Positions 1 through 5,470 of a stretch of DNA of 8,803 bases are shown piece after piece. The translations under genes and the position numbers were made by a program. Under the pieces are notes generated by a model, which made no database searches, was not told the origin of the DNA, and saw only the letters and a program-made list of their open reading frames with translations. The DNA comes from a virus (lineage: Duplodnaviria; Heunggongvirae; Uroviricota; Caudoviricetes), in the IMG/VR virus record IMGVR_UViG_2687453449_000001, positions 1 to 8,803 of that record; one strand, 5' to 3'. Position 1 is the first letter of the stretch; each line of letters opens with the position of its first letter.

Positions 1-900
1 TTAACGCAACAGTGGACAATCTGGTGGTAATCGACAACGCAACGCTGCCGGAAGTATTTCAATATGAAAATTTTGCCCACTCAACGGTTCGCCATCAAGA
101 TTAAAGGTGATGTCGTGTGGTGCCTGAATATCAAACCACGACGAAGCGCCTTCGATAATATTCGGGTTATCTTCGTCAGATTTTAAGGTTGATACGAGAG
201 CCGGAAGTATTTCATCGCCGGTAAAAATGCGCAGTTGCAGCAAGCCATCGTTAATTAACGCGTTCGGACACAATTGCTGACCGCCACCGGCCTGACGCCC
301 GTTACCAATACCAATGACCAGGGCGTCACCTTGCCAGTGAAAGTTTTCACCGCGGATTTCACAACGGTCCGGTTGCAGAGTATCCATGCGCATTAAGCCA
401 TGAATGATGTAAGAGACGCCACCCAGCGCGGCTTTTAATTTTTCCGGCGTTTCTGTGGTAATACGCGTCCCAAATCCGCCTGTCGCCATATTAATAAAAC
501 AGGTTTGTTTGTTGACCTGCGCCATATCTATCGCAATGGCGTTACCGGCAATTGCCAGTTTCAGCGCCTTATCCAGTGCCTCAGGAATCCCTACACTGGT
601 GGCAAAATCATTGGCGGTTCCTAATGGCAAAATTCCCAGCGCGGGTATGTCATCCCCCTCACACTGAATCAACGCCGTAGAAACTTCATTAATGGTGCCA
701 TCACCACCACCGGCAATCACCGTTGCGACGCCCAACTTCCGGGCCTCCTCTACATATCGTGCGGCATCGCCTTTCTCCCAGGTGACCCGCACATGGATCG
801 TCATTCCTTCCTCACGCAACAGCATAATTGCTTCGCGCAAGGGTAAATTGTCAGTACTTTTGCCATTAAGAATCAGTAAGCTGGCGGGAAATTCTGCCAT
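1..900 (-). CDS. yegS: Lipid kinase YegS (diacylglycerol-kinase-fold)
   Basis: Complete minus-strand ORF: ATG at 898-900, TAA at 1-3, 299 codons. Translation starts [15 protein letters not shown] and contains the GGDG motif; it matches my recollection of E. coli YegS (299 aa). The ORF-track entry 1..1068 is the same frame extended upstream of the real start. Confidence 0.92.
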   Translation of the reverse strand: MAEFPASLLILNGKSTDNLPLREAIMLLREEGMTIHVRVTWEKGDAARYVEEARKLGVATVIAGGGDGTINEVSTALIQCEGDDIPALGILPLGTANDFATSVGIPEALDKALKLAIAGNAIAIDMAQVNKQTCFINMATGGFGTRITTETPEKLKAALGGVSYIIHGLMRMDTLQPDRCEIRGENFHWQGDALVIGIGNGRQAGGGQQLCPNALINDGLLQLRIFTGDEILPALVSTLKSDEDNPNIIEGASSWFDIQAPHDITFNLDGEPLSGQNFHIEILPAALRCRLPPDCPLLR

Positions 901-1304
901 GATCGTATGTGCCTTTATGATTGGTCTGTAGATAGTGTAGAGCAGAAAAGAAAAGGTGGAGTCAGAACAGGATGAAAGTCGGAGGATAAAAGTCAGTTCA
1001 AGTATGGAGGATTCAGTGGTTACCACCAGGAGCTTGCAATGGGGACAGCGAATACTAACGGCAGCCACCGATAAATTTCAAAAAAGAGAATATACCTAAT
1101 ATTCAACTAAACGGTGGCATCTTCAATATAATATATTAAAGCCCTCATGGAGTTACCCGGAAGGGCCTCCATGTCCGTAATTCCTACTTATGTAGGAAAT
1201 GTTGTACAGAACATTTATTATAATCCTATTCAATTATAATAATCATGCCATTATTATATTTAAACACTAGAGAGTGTCGTTGGTATTTAATGGGGGAAGG
1301 TGAG
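901..1304. promoter_or_regulatory. AT-rich divergent intergenic region between yegS and yegR (putative promoters)
   Basis: 404 bp, AT-rich. TATAAT hexamers at 1219-1224 and 1235-1240 lie upstream of yegR. Imperfect palindrome TTCCTAC-TTAT-GTAGGAA at 1181-1198. Pattern-based only; no transcription start is anchored. Confidence 0.3.
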
Positions 1305-1622
1305 ATGAAAAAGATAGCTGCTATATCATTAATTAGTATTTTTATTATGTCTGGTTGTGCTGTGCATAATGATGAGACAAGTATCGGTAAATTTGGTCTT
1401 GCATATAAAAGTAATATTCAGCGTAAACTCGATAACCAATACTACACCGAAGCCGAAGCTTCTTTAGCCAGGGGTAGAATATCTGGTGCAGAAAATATAG
1501 TAAAAAATGATGCAACTCATTTCTGTGTTACTCAGGGCAAAAAAATGCAAATAGTTGAGCTGAAGACAGAAGGTGTAGGATTACATGGTGTCGCTCGTCT
1601 GACATTCAAATGTGGAGAGTGA
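1305..1622 (+). CDS. yegR: Small putative lipoprotein YegR
   Basis: ATG at 1305 preceded by GGAAGGTGAG (Shine-Dalgarno-like); TGA at 1620-1622; 105 codons. N-terminus MKKIAAISLISIFIMSGC has a signal peptide ending in a lipobox-like MSGC. Gene is strongly AT-rich (~36% GC). Length and position next to yegS match my memory of K-12 yegR. The ORF-track entry 1245..1622 is an upstream extension without a ribosome-binding site. Confidence 0.75.
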   Translation: MKKIAAISLISIFIMSGCAVHNDETSIGKFGLAYKSNIQRKLDNQYYTEAEASLARGRISGAENIVKNDATHFCVTQGKKMQIVELKTEGVGLHGVARLTFKCGE

Positions 1623-1781
1623 GAATATTTTTTGGTAAGCGTCAAATATGCGCGTTCTGGCTGTGCGTAGCCGGAACCTGTGGGAGCACGATGCCGATAA
1701 GTGAAAGGCATCGTGCTATGAAGGAGGATTCTATCGATGTGGTCAATGGAAGACGGTTACCAGAGATAGGGCTTATGCATA

Positions 1782-1808
1782 AAAAAATAAGCCCGTGTAA
1801 GGGAGATT
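1782..1808. repeat. attL core of P2-like prophage (identical to the 3' end of the cyaR sRNA terminator)
   Basis: AAAAAATAAGCCCGTGTAAGGGAGATT is seen at 1782-1808. Its reverse complement, AATCTCCCTTACACGGGCTTATTTTTT, is the 3' terminus of E. coli CyaR (RyeE) as I recall it, which is the known P2 attachment core. Sequence to the right diverges from cyaR and leads into int (phage arm); sequence to the left is host flank. Confidence 0.75.
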
Positions 1809-1887
1809 TAGGGTGTCATCCGTAGGGGCTTTCAACGGTACAATGCGGGTTTGAGCGGCATAAATGACCACTGAAAGCCCTTAAACG

Positions 1888-2901
1888 TTACTCTACTGTG
1901 GACACTGTGTGGACACTCTCGGCCTCAGTACCACCTCTCAGCGGATTAAGAGAAATGGCGTCCTGAAGGTACTCTGGAGCAAAATGAGCGTAAACCATAG
2001 TTTGCTCAATCCGCGTGTGACCTAGTATCCGTTGTAGCGTGATAATACTTCCTCCATTAATCATGAAATGAGTGGCAAAGCTGTGCCTTAGTGCATGTGT
2101 GGCTTGCCCCATTGGCAAATCCGGTTTTATTGCTTTCATTGTTCGTCTGAAGCGAGGGTAATCAGCATCAGGGAATAAAAAACCTCGTTTGTTATCCGCG
2201 ATCATTTTGGCAACAGCCTCTGAGATCGGGACGGTGCGTGGTTTGTTTGTTTTCGTTTTAACAAACGTGACGCGGTTATGAATGATATTTTCTGCTTTCA
2301 AACGAGCTGCTTCTCCCCAACGTGCTCCAGTACTCAGGCAAAGAATCGCAATCTTTTTGTTGTCGCCGTCAAGAGCTGCGAGCAGTAAGGCAATTTCTTC
2401 CTGCGTGAGATAGCCTGTGTCTGGTTTTTCCTCCTTAAGCCTTTTTGTCCCTCTGATAGGGTGCTCACCAAAGTATAACTCCGCTTCAATCAGGGCTGTA
2501 AACATGCCGCTAATACATGTTAAATCACGATTGATACTCGAAGGTTTAATACCCTGACTTCTTCGGGTGGCGCAGTATTGGCTGATAAGCGATTTCGTAA
2601 TTTGAAATGCGCATGGGTCATTCGTTATTTTTGTGAAGATTTCAATTTTTCCAAGATTAGATTTCCCATGCTCTTCGTGTTTACCCTTTAAATCCCACCA
2701 GATCTGTGTCAGCTCCGACAGACGTCGCTTGTCTGTTGGTTTTGATAGCCATTCTTTATTGTGGTGGTTGTACAACGTGTATTTCTCGAAAGCGACAGCT
2801 TCGCTTTTCTTATCAAACTTCCTACGGATGCGTTTTCCATTACGTCCAGTAGGGCGGATGTCCACTTCATATCGACCATCATCGAGTTTTTTGATTGCCA
2901 T
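1888..2901 (-). CDS. int: P2-type tyrosine integrase
   Basis: 337-codon minus-strand ORF: ATG at 2899-2901, TAA at 1888-1890, GGAGG 8 nt upstream. Tyrosine-recombinase signatures are present: TGARWGE (Arg box), HALRHSFAT (HxxR) and LGHTRIEQTMVYAH (catalytic Tyr). Length equals P2 Int (337 aa, from memory). Confidence 0.93.
   Translation of the reverse strand: MAIKKLDDGRYEVDIRPTGRNGKRIRRKFDKKSEAVAFEKYTLYNHHNKEWLSKPTDKRRLSELTQIWWDLKGKHEEHGKSNLGKIEIFTKITNDPCAFQITKSLISQYCATRRSQGIKPSSINRDLTCISGMFTALIEAELYFGEHPIRGTKRLKEEKPDTGYLTQEEIALLLAALDGDNKKIAILCLSTGARWGEAARLKAENIIHNRVTFVKTKTNKPRTVPISEAVAKMIADNKRGFLFPDADYPRFRRTMKAIKPDLPMGQATHALRHSFATHFMINGGSIITLQRILGHTRIEQTMVYAHFAPEYLQDAISLNPLRGGTEAESVHTVSTVE
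1897..1916. repeat. Tandem direct repeats TGTGGACAC x2 (candidate integrase arm-type binding sites)
   Basis: TGTGGACAC at 1897-1905 and 1908-1916, 11-bp period, overlapping the last codons of int. From memory, P2 Int arm sites have the consensus TGTGGACA. Not verified by search. Confidence 0.5.
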
Positions 2902-2954
2902 CAGAAAACCCTCCGAGTGGTGTGTTTTTTTGCGACTACTAATCGTTTTTTTCG

Positions 2955-2977
2955 TGGTGGCTGAAATTTAGCCACCA
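2955..2977. other. Hairpin (8-bp stem TGGTGGCT/AGCCACCA, 7-nt loop) in the C-int intergenic region
   Basis: Perfect inverted repeat seen in sequence, preceded on the plus strand by two T7 runs (2924-2930, 2946-2952). It is not followed by a U-tract on either strand, so it is not a canonical intrinsic terminator. Confidence 0.3.
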
Positions 2978-3016
2978 ATAGTAGGCACTTGTGATGAATA
3001 TATTCACGATGAATTG

Positions 3017-3316
3017 TTAACCAGTCTTTTGACCGGAGTGGGGCGACGTTGTTTCGTTTTGCCCAAAGTGTGCGAGAGCGGGCGCAATTTGCCCGGACTC
3101 AGGAGCGATCTGATTTGTCATGAACCATAAAGTGTATTTGGTGAATTGTGGGGTCTGCAGGATGTTCATCATGACATCTGTTGGAGGTGTTGAACGACCA
3201 CTTTCATAGTAACTCAGCGTGCCATACGGAACCCCTGTTAAATCAGCAAGTTGTTGTCTGCTCAAATACTCTGATTTTCGCATTAAGACTATCTTCTCGC
3301 TTATCGTGTTTGACAT
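3017..3316 (-). CDS. C: Immunity repressor C (helix-turn-helix)
   Basis: 99-codon minus-strand ORF: ATG at 3314-3316, TAA at 3017-3019. Helix-turn-helix-like segment LSRQQLADLTGVPYGTLSYYESG. Same length and position as P2 C (99 aa), upstream of and co-oriented with int. Confidence 0.9.
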   Translation of the reverse strand: MSNTISEKIVLMRKSEYLSRQQLADLTGVPYGTLSYYESGRSTPPTDVMMNILQTPQFTKYTLWFMTNQIAPESGQIAPALAHFGQNETTSPHSGQKTG

Positions 3317-3407
3317 GGTGTTTAGATCTCAATAGTATTTAGTTTAGATGTAGATTGTTTAGTGCTTGGATGTGGGCACTAAAAGGCATTATAAGGCATT
3401 AAACGCA
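3310..3407. promoter_or_regulatory. Lysis-lysogeny switch: face-to-face Pe (rightward) and Pc (leftward) promoters with C operators and cox boxes
   Basis: Seen: TTGACA at 3310-3315, a 17-bp spacer, then TAGTAT at 3333-3338 on the plus strand (candidate Pe). The 8-bp direct repeat GTTTAGAT at 3320-3327 and 3342-3349 (22 bp centre to centre) flanks that -10, as described for P2 operators O1/O2. TATAAT on the minus strand (plus coordinates 3388-3393) is the candidate Pc -10, embedded in three tandem 9-bp repeats TAAAAGGCA, TATAAGGCA, TTAAACGCA (3380-3407) that fit the P2 cox-box consensus TTAAA(G/C)NCA. Promoter and operator identities are by analogy with P2. Confidence 0.6.
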
Positions 3408-3430
3408 ATTCATGAGGGCTGGAGGACGAC

Positions 3431-3706
3431 ATGAGCAAGCAAGTAACACTCATGACTGATGCGATTCCTTATCAGGAGTTCGCAAAACTAATAGGAAAAT
3501 CGACAGGAGCGGTTCGTCGGATGATCGATAAAGGAAAGCTGCCTGTAATTGATATGACCGATCCACAATCAGCTTCAGGTCGTGCAGGTGAATATTGGGT
3601 ATATCTTCCGGCATGGAATAACGGACTAAAACTGGCTTATGAAAGCCGCCCTAAAGAGATTCGTGACGGCTGGTTGATGTGGTTAGGTCTTGGTGAACCA
3701 CGTTAA
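3431..3706 (+). CDS. cox: Cox (excision directionality factor and Pc repressor)
   Basis: 91-codon ORF: ATG at 3431, GGAGG 5 nt upstream, TAA at 3704-3706. Same length and position as P2 Cox. Small basic protein with a helix-turn-helix-like segment. Confidence 0.9.
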   Translation: MSKQVTLMTDAIPYQEFAKLIGKSTGAVRRMIDKGKLPVIDMTDPQSASGRAGEYWVYLPAWNNGLKLAYESRPKEIRDGWLMWLGLGEPR

Positions 3707-3716
3707 GGAGAACCGT

Positions 3717-3887
3717 ATGAATGAGCCTCGTTGTATTGCTCAGTTATTGCGTAACGAAAGCCCCAGGGCGATTGACTTCACCATCACCCACGGTAAGGGG
3801 CGTAAGGGAATCATTATCCGCACCAAAAAACAGAGTCCGTTAAAAAAGGTTCTGACCTTTCTGAAAAGCCGGAGGGTATGGAAATGA
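3717..3887 (+). CDS. Small early protein of unknown function (P2 orf78 position)
   Basis: ATG at 3717 with AAGGAG 7 nt upstream; 56 codons; its TGA (3885-3887) overlaps the B start as ATGA. The ORF-track start at 3690 is a TTG with no ribosome-binding site. Confidence 0.6.
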   Translation: MNEPRCIAQLLRNESPRAIDFTITHGKGRKGIIIRTKKQSPLKKVLTFLKSRRVWK

Positions 3888-4384
3888 CAGTGATGACGCT
3901 CAATCTCGTTGAAAAACAGCCAACAACTATGCGCCGGATAATTGGTAAGCATCTGGCCGTCCCTCGCTGGCAGGAGACATGCGATTATTATAATCAGATG
4001 ATGGAACGCGAACGGTTAACGGTTTGCTTCCATGCGCAGTTAAAACAACGTCACGCAACGATGCGTTTTGAAGAAATGAACGACGTCGAACGTGAACGGC
4101 TGGTTTGTGCAATTGATGAATTGCGTGGGGCATTCTCAAAACGCCGTCAGGTTGGCGCAAGTGAGTATGCATATATTAGTTTTTTAACAGTCAGTCAGCG
4201 TCGCACTTTATTTATGCATGCCGGATTGACTGAAAAAGAATTTAACCAGCCATACTGGCGAATTAATGAGGAATCATGTTACTGGCGTGATGCTTTATTC
4301 CGTGCATTACGTGAATTATTCAGTCTGTTTGAGTATGCGCCGACAATTCTGACGTCGGTAAAACCAGAGCAATATCTGCATTAA
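3884..4384 (+). CDS. B: Replication protein B (DnaB-helicase-associated early protein)
   Basis: ATG at 3884 lies 8 nt after GGAGG (3871-3875) and gives 166 codons, the length I recall for P2 B. The ATG at 3878 is only 2 nt from the Shine-Dalgarno sequence, so it is disfavoured. TAA at 4382-4384. Confidence 0.8.
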   Translation: MTVMTLNLVEKQPTTMRRIIGKHLAVPRWQETCDYYNQMMERERLTVCFHAQLKQRHATMRFEEMNDVERERLVCAIDELRGAFSKRRQVGASEYAYISFLTVSQRRTLFMHAGLTEKEFNQPYWRINEESCYWRDALFRALRELFSLFEYAPTILTSVKPEQYLH

Positions 4385-4447
4385 GTAATTAACCAGAGTT
4401 TTTAACGCACTTAATCGTGCGGGGCTTCTTTTTGCCTGGAGAAAGTC

Positions 4448-4672
4448 ATGCATACAGTTTCTGAAAATCAGTTCGGTAAATACGCATTACTACTGCAACA
4501 GGCCAGAACCGAAGCACAGGCCGACGCTGCGACGCGCTTTTCTTCTCATCTTGACGCCATGATTCGCCACATCACAAAGGCGGAGTTATCCCGCGTGGAG
4601 ATAGTCGAGCTGCTCAGTCAGGAGTCGGAAAAATTTCACAACATCGGATTGTCTCGCGGGGAGGTGCTTTGA
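4448..4672 (+). CDS. Hypothetical early protein (P2 orf80 position)
   Basis: 74 codons; ATG at 4448 with GGAGA 5 nt upstream; its TGA overlaps the next start (TGATG). No recognisable motif. Confidence 0.65.
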   Translation: MHTVSENQFGKYALLLQQARTEAQADAATRFSSHLDAMIRHITKAELSRVEIVELLSQESEKFHNIGLSRGEVL

Positions 4673-4974
4673 TGTCCTGTTCTCGTTCAGTTGTTTTACT
4701 GAACAATGCCTTAAAAATCGTCGTTATGAAAAATGGCGATTTGTCTCTTATTCAACTTGGTCTTGATAAAGAAAAACGCGAAATAACTGAATCTGTTATC
4801 GCGATTTATCAGAGTGAATTAAACCTCCTGTCTGATGTGGTCAATTTACTTGTTAAACGCGCTGTATTTCACAAGCAAATTTCCTCCGTGGATGAACTGA
4901 CAAAATTAACGACAGAAATCGCCAGCTATTGCGCTGATGAATTTAAGAAACTGAACGACAAAAGGAGCTGGTAA
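4672..4974 (+). CDS. Hypothetical early protein, compositionally foreign (AT-rich)
   Basis: ATG at 4672 with GGAGG 8 nt upstream; 100 codons; TAA at 4972-4974 overlaps the next start (TAATG). GC is ~35-38% by hand count, against ~48-60% in the flanking phage genes. No recognisable motif. Confidence 0.65.
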   Translation: MSCSRSVVLLNNALKIVVMKNGDLSLIQLGLDKEKREITESVIAIYQSELNLLSDVVNLLVKRAVFHKQISSVDELTKLTTEIASYCADEFKKLNDKRSW

Positions 4975-5198
4975 TGCCGGACAACGTGGATTTTATTCAG
5001 GAACAACAGGCTGAATTACTGGAGCGCCAGATTAACGCGGCAAGGGTAAAACATTGCGGTGCTTCTGCGCTGGTTTGCGAAGAGTGTGACGCGCCAATAC
5101 CTGCTGCCCGTCGTGCGGCTTATCCGTCAGCCACGCGTTGTGTTTCCTGTCAGTCAGTCTTTGAAGCAAAAAACAAACATTACCGGAGAATGGCATGA
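4974..5198 (+). CDS. TraR/DksA-family C4 zinc-finger protein
   Basis: 74 codons; ATG at 4974 with AAGGAG 6 nt upstream. Two CxxC pairs (VCEEC ... RCVSC) about 17 residues apart, typical of the zf-DksA/TraR family carried by many phages. Confidence 0.75.
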   Translation: MPDNVDFIQEQQAELLERQINAARVKHCGASALVCEECDAPIPAARRAAYPSATRCVSCQSVFEAKNKHYRRMA

Positions 5199-5470
5199 GC
5201 ATTCGTATTGAAATTGGCGAACGTTATGTCGTTACCAGTGACAGTTTTCAGTTTATTCTCCACGAGAAAAAGAGAGCGGAAAGTGGTAAAAACGCCGGTC
5301 AGGAGTGGCTGGCGGTGGTTGGTTATTACCCGAAATTAAGCCAGCTCGTTTCCGGCCTGATGCATCACGATATTCTGACCGGAAGCGCAAAGTCTTTTGC
5401 TGATTTAAACGCGCAGGTTGAGCAACTCAGCAGGCGTTGTTCAGAGGCTTTTGGCTCACATGGCCGTTAA
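5195..5470 (+). CDS. Hypothetical early protein (P2 orf83 position)
   Basis: 91 codons; ATG at 5195 overlaps the previous stop (ATGA), GGAG 6 nt upstream; TAA at 5468-5470 lies 11 nt inside the A coding sequence. Confidence 0.65.
   Translation: MSIRIEIGERYVVTSDSFQFILHEKKRAESGKNAGQEWLAVVGYYPKLSQLVSGLMHHDILTGSAKSFADLNAQVEQLSRRCSEAFGSHGR

Noticed and set aside
455-931. Plus-strand ORFs 455..667 and 692..931 inside or antisense to yegS
   Set aside because: Fully overlapped by the well-supported yegS coding sequence on the other strand; no ribosome-binding site and no recognisable product.
901-1068. Upstream extension of the yegS ORF (ORF track 1..1068, 355 aa)
   Set aside because: The extra 56 codons precede the recognised YegS N-terminus MAEFPASLL; the real start is ATG 898-900.
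1685-1717. Calling the 11-bp-stem hairpin the yegR intrinsic terminator
   Set aside because: No U-tract follows the stem on either strand, so it does not meet the usual rho-independent terminator pattern; kept only as a finding.
1610-1825. 71-codon ORF spanning the host flank, hairpin and att core
   Set aside because: Crosses the host/phage junction, has no Shine-Dalgarno sequence and a low-complexity product; most likely a chance open frame.
2633-2971. Plus-strand ORFs 2633..2971 and 2761..2964 antisense to int
   Set aside because: Embedded in the int coding region on the opposite strand; no support.
3740-4172. Minus-strand ORFs 3740..3952 and 3927..4172 antisense to the small ORF and B
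   Set aside because: Antisense to a tightly coupled early operon; no ribosome-binding site; products are low-complexity.
5418-5459. TTG at 5418 as the A start (ORF track, 758 aa)
   Set aside because: No ribosome-binding site, and the ATG at 5460 places the catalytic tyrosines at codons 450 and 454, matching recalled P2 numbering.
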